DNA of 64,000 bases from an uncultured delta proteobacterium (GTDB lineage: Bacteria; Desulfobacterota; Binatia; DP-6): assembly GCA_963815115.1 (NCBI GenBank), contig CAWFFN010000005.1, positions 96,001-160,000 on the forward strand. Direction: 5' to 3'. Made by a program: the position numbers and the translations under genes. Under the pieces are notes generated by a model. That model was not told where the DNA came from and searched no databases. It saw only the letters and a list, made by a program, of their open reading frames with translations. Of this stretch, positions 9,856 through 21,295 are shown piece by piece (position 1 is the first letter of the stretch; every line of letters begins with the position of its first letter).

Positions 9856-11380
9856 GTACCGCTGCACAGGGGTTGTGAAGGGATGGTTGGTCAGGCGGCC
9901 TCCGCGGCGGGCAGGGTCGGTTGGGGATAGGAGCGTCCCATCTTCGCGCGGGCACGATGGACATCGAAGAGCCACTCGATGCGTGCGCGGGCGTCGTTGC
10001 GTTGCCGGTTCCAGGCCGCGGTCTCGCGGCGCAGGGTCGGGGCGTCCGCAATCCTTCGGTCGAGGCACTGGCGCACGAGCACCCCGATCTCGATCTCCAC
10101 CATGTTGAGCCAGCTCGCGTGTTTCGGGGTGTAGTGAAACTCCAGAACACGCAGGAGGCGCCGTGCTTCTTCCGGCGGAAAGGCGGTGTACAGCGCCGCC
10201 GACGTGTGCGTGGAGAGATTGTCGAGTACCACGCGGATCCGGCGCGCATGCGGGTAGTGGGTATCGACCAGGTCGCGCATGCACGCGGCGAAATCCCGCG
10301 CCGTGCGGTGCTCGGTCACCTTCACGTGGCGCCAGGGGCGGTGCGCGTCGAGGAACACGAAGAGATTCGCGGTCCCGTTGCGGCGGTACTCGTAGTCGTA
10401 GCGGGCCGCCTGCCCGGGCACGGGCGGACACGGCACGCGCGTCTCGCCGATCAGCTGCGTTGGCGTCTCGTCGAAGCACACGACGGGCATCGTCCGCGGG
10501 GGCCGTTCGGCGTACAGGTCCAACACGTCCTCCATCCGGGCGACGAACTCGGCGTCGACCGCGGGGAGACACCACATCTTGTGCTGCCACGGCTTGAGAG
10601 CCTTCTCGTGCAGGCGCCGTCGCACCGTCTCCCGCGACAGCGCCGTGTGCTCGGTGAGACGCACCACCGCGCCCGCCAGCAGCTCCAGCGTCCAGCGCGC
10701 GCGGCCCGTCGGGGGCTTCGAGCACGCCACCGCCACGAGCAGCGCCTCCTCGTGGGCCGTCAGCTTGCGGCCCGCACCGGGACGCGGGTCGTCGTGGAGG
10801 GCGCGCTCGGTCCCGCGCTCCACGAAGCGGCGCTTGGTCCGGTAGATCGTCGCCGGCCCCACCCCCACGGTCGTCGCGATGATTCGATCGGCCACGCCGG
10901 CATCGGCGGCGAGCAGCACCTGGGCGCGCTTGAGCGTGCGGACCCGCGTCGTCCCGCTCGCTACGACCGCCTCCAGGTCCCCGCGCTCCCTCGGGGTCAA
11001 CTCCACCACGTAGTGCACGTTCATCCGCCACCCCTCCTCCCCTTCCATCCCGGCGCGCAGCGGAGCACTCTGCGGTCGTGTCGGTCCCCAACCCCGATCG
11101 GACTCCGCAGTTCACCGCCGCCCAGGGGCAGTACCTCGCGTTCATCTATGCCTACGCGACGATTCACCGCCAGGCCCCCGCCGAAGCGGACCTGCGGCGA
11201 TTCTTCCGCGTGACCGCGCCGTCGGTGCACCGGATGGTGATCGAACTCGAGCAGCGAGGCCTGATCCGGCGGGTGCCGCGCACCGCACGCAGCATCGAAC
11301 TGCTCGTCCCTCCAGAAGAGCTGCCTATTCTGCGGGACGTCGCGACGAGCCGATCAATCAGAACCTCTGTGCAGCGGTAC
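9856..11380 (-). mobile_element. Complete IS630-family element with passenger gene
   Basis: Terminal IRs GTACCGCTGCACAG(G/A)GGTT at both ends. TA duplication at 9854-9855 and 11381-11382 within CTAG. Confidence 0.92.
9891..11048 (-). CDS. IS630-family transposase
   Basis: N-terminal HTH, VVCFDETP, DYEYRRNGTANLF, VLDNLSTH, HYTPKHASWLNMVEIE. Confidence 0.95.
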   Translation of the reverse strand: MEGEEGWRMNVHYVVELTPRERGDLEAVVASGTTRVRTLKRAQVLLAADAGVADRIIATTVGVGPATIYRTKRRFVERGTERALHDDPRPGAGRKLTAHEEALLVAVACSKPPTGRARWTLELLAGAVVRLTEHTALSRETVRRRLHEKALKPWQHKMWCLPAVDAEFVARMEDVLDLYAERPPRTMPVVCFDETPTQLIGETRVPCPPVPGQAARYDYEYRRNGTANLFVFLDAHRPWRHVKVTEHRTARDFAACMRDLVDTHYPHARRIRVVLDNLSTHTSAALYTAFPPEEARRLLRVLEFHYTPKHASWLNMVEIEIGVLVRQCLDRRIADAPTLRRETAAWNRQRNDARARIEWLFDVHRARAKMGRSYPQPTLPAAEAA

Positions 11381-11383
11381 TAG
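11078..11383 (+). CDS. LexA N-terminal-like winged-helix protein carried inside IS630
   Basis: FTAAQGQYLAFIYAY...APAEADLRRFFRVTAPSVHRMVIELEQRGLIRRVPRTARSIEL resembles the LexA DNA-binding domain. No peptidase domain. Confidence 0.8.
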   Translation: MSVPNPDRTPQFTAAQGQYLAFIYAYATIHRQAPAEADLRRFFRVTAPSVHRMVIELEQRGLIRRVPRTARSIELLVPPEELPILRDVATSRSIRTSVQRY

Positions 11384-12026
11384 GTGCGGCACGACTGCGA
11401 TGTCGGCGATGGAGTATGTGCCGCAGAAGAACTCCGAGTCCCCGAGCAGCCGCTCAAACTCATCATAGAGGCGCCCCATGTCTCGGCCCGCCGCCTCGTG
11501 CATCGCTGGGTGACTTTCCCGGCGCCCGAACTCCACCAGCGTGACCGCATACATGGCCGCGTCGAGCTGGGTGTCTGCGAGGTCTTCCACGAGTCGGCAC
11601 TTGGCACGGAGGCGAGCGTCGGCCGGGTACAGGGCGGGCCGCGGGTGACGGTCCTCGAGGTACTCGCAGATGACCGTTGAGTCGTAGAGCGCGAAGCCGT
11701 CCTCGATAAGCGCCGGAACCTCGGCCCGCGGGTTCACATGGACGAAGTCCGTCCGGTTACAGTCCCCGTGGAGTGCACGCACCCGCTCGAAAGGCACTCC
11801 CTTCTCGTAGAGCGCGATGCGAACCTTGCGGGCGTAGGGGCTGAAGACGTCGTCGAAGAGCGTCAGCATGCTCGCGGTCTACCCATCCCGGCCGAGCAAA
11901 GCCATCCGGGCCTTGCGAGAGCTCCCCCGGCGGACCGTCTAACCGCTGGAAGGGATCGCTGTTAGGGCTCACGCTCAGAGACGGACCGGCCCTTCTCCCT
12001 GGCCCGGTCCAGGTTTCACGCCTATC

Positions 12027-12542
12027 ATGGCCGTCATGGCACAGAGACCACGCATCTTTGTCCTCGCTCTCGTCTTCCTGTTCGTCGTCTGCGCACGCAC
12101 CCGAGCCGAGGATCATTCGATGATGTCCAAAAGCGCTGGTGACACGCGGCAGCCGCTTCCCCTCCCGGCGATGATGGCTGACCACCAGAAGCAGAACATG
12201 CGCGAGCACCTTGCCGCGGTCCAAGCCATCATCGCCGCTGTCGGGCGCGACGACATGGACGCTGTTTCCAAAGGAGCGGCCCGCCTCGGCTACTCTGAAG
12301 CCATGGGACAGATGTGTGAGCACATGGGCGCCGCGGCACCCGGTTTCACTCCCATGGCCCTCAACTTTCACCACACCGCCGACACCATCGGCGAGGCCGC
12401 GCGGCGCGGCGACCGCGCTGGAGTCCTGTCCGCCCTCGACCGGACGCTGCAAACCTGCGTGGGCTGTCACGCCACGTATCGGCAAGAGGTTGTCGACGAC
12501 GAGACGTGGAAGAAGCTCACCGCCGCCACCACGTCGCGGTGA
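12027..12542 (+). CDS. Secreted c-type cytochrome (cytochrome c'-like, C-terminal heme motif)
   Basis: Signal peptide, helical body, single CVGCH near the C-terminus. Confidence 0.8.
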   Translation: MAVMAQRPRIFVLALVFLFVVCARTRAEDHSMMSKSAGDTRQPLPLPAMMADHQKQNMREHLAAVQAIIAAVGRDDMDAVSKGAARLGYSEAMGQMCEHMGAAAPGFTPMALNFHHTADTIGEAARRGDRAGVLSALDRTLQTCVGCHATYRQEVVDDETWKKLTAATTSR

Positions 12543-12579
12543 TGAAGGAGCAACCGCGGTCAACTACGTCGTAGGCCCC

Positions 12580-13786
<1,207 letters not shown>

Positions 13787-13829
13787 TCAATCCAGCGAAC
13801 GCCGCGGCGTCGCACCGACGAGCGGAAAT

Positions 13830-13922
13830 CAGTGCCCACACTCGGCGCTGGGCTATCTCACCCCGAGAGAGTTCGCGGACCAATTGTCGGCCTGCTGTAG
13901 GCAAAACAAGGGTCGCCCCACA
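13830..13922 (+). mobile_element. IS3-family remnant (transposase C-terminus and probable right end)
   Basis: Translates to [14 protein letters not shown], the IS3 integrase-core C-terminal motif. Followed by ...GGGTCGCCCCACA. Confidence 0.6.
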
Positions 13923-14010
13923 CTTCTTCGCACTTCAGTTCTTCGGCGGCACTGCGGTTCCCGCCAATCGCGAGAATGGCGCCCGGTCCTTCAGACCGAT
14001 AATCTGTTGG

Positions 14011-16289
14011 CTACCGGTTACAGACGAAGTCCGGCGGGCAACCGCCCCTGCACGTCGTGCCGGTCTCCGCGGCGGCTTCCGGCCACCAGTCGTCGACGCA
14101 GCAGTTGAGGCGCGTCATCGTATTGGCGTAGGCGCCGCTCCGCCGCGAGAGATCGTAAGTCAGCGTGCCGGGTTTGCCGGAGTGGAGGCCCTCCTCGTCG
14201 GGATCGAGGAAGAGATCGGTGAGTTCGTTCCCGTTGGCCCCTTTGACGTACAGCTTCAGCTGCCGCGGCTCGCAGACGCGCCCGCACGGCGGCGGAGTCG
14301 GCCCCGGCCCGGGCGGGCACGCGGGGCAGTCGGAGTGTGTGCCGCAACGGACGCCCGGTGCGTTCCGGCACCACTTCGTCTCCTTCTCTACGCAGGCATG
14401 GTTGTTGCCAGGAAAGAGCGCGCGGCAGGTGGTGTCGTCGATGCAGGGTGGAGCCACGCGGCACTGCCCTCCGAGACAGACCGCGCCCGGCCCGCACGAC
14501 CCGTTCGGGCTGCACGCCGGTTCGGCGGTGGGGGCGCAATGCCCCCCTATGCAGGTCGCGCCGGCGCCGCAGTCCGCGTCGGTCGTGCAGGCAGGCGCGT
14601 CGAGGTTGGCACAGCGACCGACGCTCCCCGGACGGGTCAGAAGGTACCGCAGCTTCGTCGGTACCGTCGGTCGCTTGGTCTGATGGCCACACAGGGCATG
14701 ACGCAGCGGAGGACGACTGAAGGCGCCGCCGGGGCTCACCGACAGAAGGTAGGGGCGCAGGTCGTGGCCGTCGCAAGGCGTGCCGTCGTCTCCCTGCGGG
14801 CACGCCTGCGACCCTGGTGTGTCGAGGGCCAAGCCGAGGGCGGTGGGCAACACGTCGGTCGAGTGCCCGAGCTCAGCGATCTCGTTCGCCGGGGGCGGCG
14901 TTTCCTGCGTGCCGTCCCAGCCCGGCACGGCCGGCAGGTTACGCGGGTCGAAGACCACGATGCGCGTGCGATAGCCATTCTCGGTGAAGGCGTGCTTCGA
15001 GTTGGGCAGGAACCAACCGTTGTCGGACATGTAGACGAGGACGGTGTGGCGCGCGAGATCGGGGGAGACGGCCGCGGCCCACGTGCCGCCACACTGGGCC
15101 GGGGCGGTGACATCGAAGCGCGCCTGGCCTGAGCGGTCGATGCAGTGCGGGGCGCTGGCGCGTGCGAGGTACTCGCGGATCTCGCGGATGGAATCGTCCA
15201 CCCACCACATGTTGGCGTAGAAGGCTCGCTCGCTGCCGAACTGTGCCTCGTTGAAGGCCGACACCACGGGCGCGCAGCTCCCCGCGTTGCAATACTGAGC
15301 GAGCTGGAACAGGCCGCCGAGTGCAGGGGGGGTGACGCTGCCGAGTAGGTCTCGGTGGCAGCTGGTGAGCTGAGCGGCTGGTGGGGGATGCGGGGTGCCG
15401 CCCAAGCGAAGAAGTGCTGCACCGCGAACTCCGCCGGCGAGGTCCCGGGCAGGCGGAAGAACAGCCCGTCGAGGAACTCGAAGAGGTCCTCCATGTTGAA
15501 GATCGTCGTCGGGTTGTAGTCCGCGGCCATCTCCGAGCCGCAGCGCGGGGGGCTGCCGTTCAGGCCCGGGAGGCAGTTCGTGCGTCCGAGTCGCCGGCCC
15601 CTGGCGAGCGCGTCGAAGCCATGGTCACCCACCGAGCCCGTGAACTTGCCACCGAGGAAGGTGCAGTAGCCGCCCACCCGGTTGCCGTCGTTGTAGGGAT
15701 CGACCGGCGCCGCTGCGTCGTCACCGAGCGCGCGCAGGACCTTCGGGATGGTGGCGAAGTGGTCGGCGATCTGCGGCCGGCCGTCGAAGCTGCGGGCGTA
15801 ACGACCCGTGAGGATCGAGTCGATCGACGGGTAGCACCAGGACGCCGTGTTGTGTGCGATGGGGAACACGGCGCCGTAGCCGGCGAGCAGGTCGAGGTTG
15901 GGGGTGGACGGCGGCGGGATGGGAGTGCCGGTCTGCACGCTGCGGCATTCGCCCGCGGTGCCGTAGTGACAAGCGCCCTGGTCGTCGCCGTAGAGCAGGA
16001 TGACGTTCGGCCGCGACCTGATCGGTGACGGCACGCAGGCGACGCCGTCGATCGGGCAGATCCCGTCCGCGGAGCATGCCACGCCGCCGGCGCACATGCC
16101 TTCCACGGCCGGGCAGCAGGGCCTGTCCCCGGTGCGATGGTTGGGGGAGTAGAAGACCGACGGAGGCTCGCAGCCGTTCAGACGCGTGGCCCACTGGAGG
16201 TGCCTGGCCTGCGCGAGCGGCGGGCAGACGAGGCCTGCCAGCAGTGCGGCGAGAAGAGCGAGAGAAACTCCAGGTACACGGCTCCGCAT
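14011..16289 (-). CDS. Secreted Cys-rich sulfatase-fold protein, paralogue B (frameshift ~15345)
   Basis: Signal peptide, RPNVILLYGDDQG, ASWCYPSIDSILTGRY, PRIPH, WWVDDSI, YMSDNGW, DVLPT and Cys-rich inserts. ORFs 14736..16289 and 14011..15405 join. Confidence 0.8.
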
Positions 16290-16343
16290 TGCGGGTCTGC
16301 CTTCCTTTTTCGGACTGGTCGCCGGGTGCTGGTTCGTAACCGC

Positions 16344-18733
16344 CTACTTGCAGGTGAGATCGGACGGACACGAGTCTCCCGCAGCGCACAGGGTCCCCGC
16401 GGCCGGGACCACCTGCGGCCACCAGTTGTCGATGCAGCAGTTCATCCGCCTGATGGCCGCCGCGTAGGGGCCGTTCAGATTCGAGAGCTGGCCGACCAGC
16501 GTGCTGCCGTCGCCGGAGAAGAGCCCGTGCTCGTCCGGATCGACGAACGGGTCCGTCAGCTGCACCGAGGGAACGTTCGCGGCGTTGTGCCCGGGGGTGA
16601 TGTAGAGCTTGAGCGTCCGGGGCTCGCACAGCCTGCCGCACGGGACCGGACTACCGTTCGCGCTCGGACAGGAGGGACAGTCGTCGTTCGTGGCGCAGGC
16701 GACGCTCGGGTCGTTGCGACACCAGCGCGTATCCCTGGCCGCGCAGGCGTAGCCGCTGCCCAGCAGGGAGGTGCAATCCCCGTCGTCCAGACACACCGGC
16801 CCCATCCGGCAGCGCCCCGCCAAACAGACGCTTCCTGCCGGGCAGCCTGCCGTCGCCGCGCACGACGTTTCGGCCACCGCCATGGCGCAGTGGTCACCCA
16901 GGCAGAAGTCGCCTGCCGCGCAGTCGCTGGAAGTCGTACACGAGGGTTCAGCGAGCTTCGTGCATCGACCGACACTTCCCGGTCGTGTGAGGAGGTAGCG
17001 GCTCTGCGTCGGCGACGTGGGCCGCTCGGTGTGATGGCCGCAGAGCGCATGTCGCAGGGTCTCGGGGGCCGCGGCACCGCCCGGCGCCCAGGGAAGATAG
17101 GGCCGCAAGTCGTGGCCGTCGCATGCCGAGCCGTCGCTGCTCTGTGGACACGGCTGGCCGGCGGGTGTCCCGGCGGCATACCCGACCACGGTCGGCAGCA
17201 CGTCGACCCCGTTGGCGAGGGCCGAGGTCTCTCGAGGAGTCGGTGGGGCGACCTGCTGGGGGTCCCAGGATGGAACGTCGGGCAGGACCCGCGGGTCGAA
17301 GACGAGAAGCCGCGTCCGATAGCCGTTTTCGGTGAAGGCGTGCTTCGACCTGGGCAGGAACCACCCGTTGTCCGCGAGGTACAGGATGATCGTGTTGCGG
17401 CCCAGGTCCGGGCTCACCCCACTCCAGGTCCCCGAGCATGCTCCTGGTGTCGTGACGTCGAAGCGGCTCCGGCCGTCGGCTCCGATGCAGTGAGGCGCCG
17501 TCTCGGCGACCAGGAAGTGCCGGAGCTCGCGGATGTTGTCGTCGACCCACCACATGCTCGCGTAGAAATCGTGGCCCGTCCCGAAATTGGTCTCGTTGAA
17601 CGCCTGCACCGCGGGTGGACAGCTACTTCCGGTGCACCACTTCCCGAGATCCATCACGCCGCCGAGCGGGAACAGCCCGGCGCCTCCGAACAGGTAGTCG
17701 CGGATGGGCTGCGGCGCACGGAGACCTTGATGTGGGATGCGGGGCGCATGCCAGACGAAGAAGCGCTGCACGGCATAGTCCGCCGGCGTGGCCGCGGGAT
17801 CCTTGTAGAGCAGCATGTCGATGAAGTTGAAGACGTCGCTCATCCGGCTCGTCGTGAACGGCGAATAGGCGGCGCCGATCGCGGTCCCGCACCGCGGGGG
17901 TGATCCCGGCGGTCCCGCCACGCAGTCGTTGCGGCCCAGCTTGCGCCCGCTCGTCTTCGTGACAGCGTCGAAGCCCGGCTCACCGGGCGAGGCGGCGAAC
18001 TTGCCTCCGAGCAAGGTGCAGTAAGCGCCGACGGCCGCATTCGAGTCGTAGGGATCTGGCGTGGTCGCGGCGACGCCCTCGAGCCGGTGCAACGCCTGAC
18101 CCACGGTCACGTACGCGTCCGCGACGCGCCGGACGCCGTTGAAACTTCGCTGGTAGCGGCCGGTCAGGATCGAATCGAGGGACGGAAAACACCAGCTCGC
18201 CGTGTTGTGAGCCACCGGGAAGACCGTCCCGTAGCCGGCGAGGAGGTCGAGGTTCGGCGTCTTCGGAGGGGAATGGGCGTGCCGCTCTGCACGCTCCGAC
18301 ATTCGCCCGCCGTGCCATAGTGACAAGCACCCTGGTCGTCCGCAATGAACAGGATGACGTTGGGGCGCGCCGTGGTCGACCCCGGGATGCGTGGCACCGT
18401 CTCGGTGGGACAGGTTCCGCTGGCGGGGCACGCGTTGCCGCCCGGGCACACGCCCTCGATCGTGGGACAACACGGCTTCCGGCCGGGTACGTGGTGCGGC
18501 GAGTAGAAGACATGCGGCGGCTCGCAGAGCGGGCCAACCCGCTTCGACCACTGAACCGATACGCGTGCGTACGCGGGGACGCCGAGCGTCGAGACAAGCG
18601 CCAGCAGCATCGCCGCACAGCGTCGCTTGCGGTGTGAATCGACGAGCGAGCGCTGTGTGACCGTCGTTCCGGTGCGCCGCGCCAGCGAGGCTCTGCCGAT
18701 CGAAGACATCACACCCGCTTGCCCACCGTCCAT
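16344..18733 (-). CDS. Secreted Cys-rich sulfatase-fold protein, paralogue A (frameshift ~18270)
   Basis: RPNVILFIADDQG, ASWCFPSLDSILTGRY, HAPRIPH, WWVDDNI, YLADNGW, DVLPT. ORFs 18164..18733 and 16344..18551 join at a short C/G run. GAGGA RBS before ATG18733. Confidence 0.8.
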
Positions 18734-18837
18734 CGTATGTCCTCAGGCGTGAGCGAACGAATGGTACGAGCGCCGTTTGGAGACACGCTCGCCGAGGCCT
18801 TCACAGGGTCATACCTCTGCCCCTCGTTGGTCGTCAG

Positions 18838-18885
18838 GTAGGAGTCATCAGCCACCGCGGCGGTTATACGGCGGACTCCATCGCC
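18838..18885 (-). ncRNA. Fluoride (crcB) riboswitch 1
   Basis: Minus strand GGCGATGGAGTCCGCC-GTATAACCGCCGCGGTG-GCTGATGACTCCTAC. Canonical 5' and 3' motifs; pseudoknot GGAGTC/GACTCC. Confidence 0.92.
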
Positions 18886-18900
18886 GTGTTGCGGCGGTGA

Positions 18901-18930
18901 CCTCTAACTTCCGCGCGTGCCGAGTGTCAA
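18901..18930 (-). promoter_or_regulatory. Candidate sigma70 promoter for the riboswitch-1 transcript
   Basis: Perfect TTGACA at 18930-18925 on the minus strand with a weak -10 (TAGAGG) 18 nt downstream. Confidence 0.4.
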
Positions 18931-18996
18931 GAGAAATCCACGCTCTTGACTTCTCCACTCGCCTGCCGCTATCGCATCCCGCTATCGCTGTTCGAC

Positions 18997-20871
18997 ATGA
19001 GTGAGCAGGTGGGTCCGAGACGAGTGGGCGCCGGCATCGCCGGGGGACTGCTGGCCGGTGCCGTCGTGGGAGCGGCAGAGGCGGCCGTCGGATGGCTTCA
19101 TGCCCACGGAGCCGGAGAGCTCCCGCCCGTCACCTGGGCCCTCTACACCTACGGCCTGATCGGGGCAGTGGGCGGGCTGGGTGCCGGCGTTCTGGCTTCC
19201 CTCCTTGGTCTCGACGCCTTCGCGCTCGCGCTTGCCGCAGTCGGGGTCGTGCTTACCATCGCGGTTGGGCGCTTTCGGATCATTCGTGACGTGTTTCTCG
19301 AGCAGGCGCCGCACGGCCTCATACCCCGGCTCATCGAGATTGCGAGCATCGCTGCGGTCTGCGCTCTCGGCGTGCTGCTCTGGCGTGCGCTTCGTGGGCT
19401 TGGTGAAAGACGCGCCCTGATGACGCGTCCTGTCGTCGCCGCGCTGATCGTCGCAGGGCTCGGTGGCGCATGGGCCGCGGCCGCGACGTCCCTCATCCAC
19501 CCCGGACCCGCGGCGATCGCTCCGAGTGCGGCAACTGCGCCGGAGGGCGCTCCCAACGTCCTCCTCGTCGGGGTCGACACCCTGCGTGCCGATCACCTGT
19601 CCTGCTACGGCTATGCCGCGACCAAGACCCCAGCCATCGACGCTCTTGCCGCCGACGGCGTGCGCTTCAGCAATGCCTTCTCGCAGGCCTCGTGGACGCG
19701 CCCCTCGTTCGCAACGATCCTGACGGGACTCTACCCGTCGTCGCACGGCACGGTGCACAAAGCGGACAAGCTCCCCGACGGCATCGACACGGTCGCCGAG
19801 CTTCTGCACGCGGCAGGGTACCGGACGATCGGCTTTGCCGACAACGTCAACATTGCGCCTGCCTTCAATTTTCAGCAGGGTTTCGACGAGTATCACTACC
19901 TCGCTCCGGCGTTGTTCTTCTACGCCGATGACGCGACGGCACAGCTCACCCTCTACAGCGGCCTTCGCCTGGTGCGGGAGCGGTTCTTCGCCCGCTCCGT
20001 CGACGTGCACAACTACTACCAGCCCGCCGAGACCGTCACCGCGACGGTTCGTCGGTGGCTCGACGGCGCCGGTGCCTCTCCCCAGCCGCTCTTTCTGTTC
20101 GTCCACTACATGGACCCGCACGACCCCTACTTCGTGCACCCCTTCAACGGCGAGGGCTACGCGCGCGTCGCGGACCCCAATCCTCCGCCGGCCGTCGCTG
20201 ACACCTACCGCCGGCTGTACGACGGGGAGATCGGCTACCTCGACACGCATCTGGCCGCGCTCTTCGACGACCTCAAGCGTCGGGGACTCTACGATCGCAC
20301 CCTCATCATCCTCACCGGAGATCACGGCGAAGAATTCCAGGAGCACGGTGGCTGGTGGCATGGGACGACCCTCTACGACGAGCAGATCCACGTGCCCCTC
20401 ATCGTCAAACCGCCGCGCAGCCAGAACAAGGCACGCGAAGCGACGGAGATGGTCATGAGCGTCGACATCGTGCCGACGATCCTCGCTGCGGCGCACCTCA
20501 CGCTTCCGAAGACGCTCCAGGGGCATCCGCTTTCGCTTGACGGCTCGGGGCCGACCCAGCGCGAGCGCGTCTTCGCCGAAGAGGACTTCGAGGGGAACGT
20601 CCTCCAGGCGGTTCGGACGCCGGAGTGGAAGTTCATGGTGGCTAACGAGGACAATCCGCGCGGCCTGCCCACTCAGCAACTCTTCAACCTCACGCAGGAC
20701 CCGATGGAGAAGAGCGACCTCGCCTCACGGTCCCCACAGGACGTGGAGATCTGGCGCGCTGCGCTCGGACAGTGGTTCGTGGCAGCGAGTGCACAGGCCC
20801 ACGCCAGCGAGCACGGGGCGACCGACGCCGCAACGGCGGACCGCCTGCGGGCGCTGGGGTATCTCAAGTGA
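18997..20871 (+). CDS. Membrane-anchored sulfatase-like / alkaline-phosphatase-superfamily protein (Thr nucleophile)
   Basis: About 5 N-terminal TM helices, NVLLVGVDTLRADHL, ASWTRPSFATILTGLYP, HYMDPHDPY, GDHGEEF, RLRALGYL. Confidence 0.88.
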   Translation: MSEQVGPRRVGAGIAGGLLAGAVVGAAEAAVGWLHAHGAGELPPVTWALYTYGLIGAVGGLGAGVLASLLGLDAFALALAAVGVVLTIAVGRFRIIRDVFLEQAPHGLIPRLIEIASIAAVCALGVLLWRALRGLGERRALMTRPVVAALIVAGLGGAWAAAATSLIHPGPAAIAPSAATAPEGAPNVLLVGVDTLRADHLSCYGYAATKTPAIDALAADGVRFSNAFSQASWTRPSFATILTGLYPSSHGTVHKADKLPDGIDTVAELLHAAGYRTIGFADNVNIAPAFNFQQGFDEYHYLAPALFFYADDATAQLTLYSGLRLVRERFFARSVDVHNYYQPAETVTATVRRWLDGAGASPQPLFLFVHYMDPHDPYFVHPFNGEGYARVADPNPPPAVADTYRRLYDGEIGYLDTHLAALFDDLKRRGLYDRTLIILTGDHGEEFQEHGGWWHGTTLYDEQIHVPLIVKPPRSQNKAREATEMVMSVDIVPTILAAAHLTLPKTLQGHPLSLDGSGPTQRERVFAEEDFEGNVLQAVRTPEWKFMVANEDNPRGLPTQQLFNLTQDPMEKSDLASRSPQDVEIWRAALGQWFVAASAQAHASEHGATDAATADRLRALGYLK

Positions 20872-21254
20872 GCATCGCGGCAGCCACGGGCAACGTTCGC
20901 TATATGGTCGACGACGTCGGCGCCGCCGTTGCCTTGTACACGACCTACCTCGGCTTCACGCTGCTCTCCACTGCGGCGCCGGCCTTTGCAGACGTCACCC
21001 GTGGATCGCTGCGGCTGCTACTCAGCGGGAAGACGAGCTCGGCTGGCCGACCCATGCCCGACGGCACGCAGCCAAGCCCCGGCGGCTGGAACCGCATCCA
21101 ACTGGTCGCCGATGACCTCGGCGCCGAGGTCACCCGGCTCCGCGCCGCTGGCCTCAGGTTCCGGAACGACATCGTGATCGGACCCGGCGGGTCGCAGATC
21201 CTCTTGGAGGATCCCTCCGGCAACCTCGTCGAACTGTTCCAGCCCGCTCGGTGA
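20868..21254 (+). CDS. VOC/glyoxalase family protein
   Basis: VRYMVDDV...GGWNRIQL...GPGGSQILLEDPSGNLVELFQP. GTG overlaps the upstream TGA. Confidence 0.88.
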   Translation: MSIAAATGNVRYMVDDVGAAVALYTTYLGFTLLSTAAPAFADVTRGSLRLLLSGKTSSAGRPMPDGTQPSPGGWNRIQLVADDLGAEVTRLRAAGLRFRNDIVIGPGGSQILLEDPSGNLVELFQPAR

Positions 21255-21295
21255 GAAGCCCCAACCCTCGTGTGATAGTGCAGCGATGACGCTTC

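Larger units (their letters stand above)
9563..11869 (-). pseudogene. Glutathione S-transferase interrupted by IS630
   Basis: N-part 11383..11869 (SPYARKVRIAL, NPRAEVPAL, DSTVICEYLED) and C-part 9563..9855. Removing the IS and one TA restores ...VVPHL-AAASFLGF... in frame. Confidence 0.9.
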
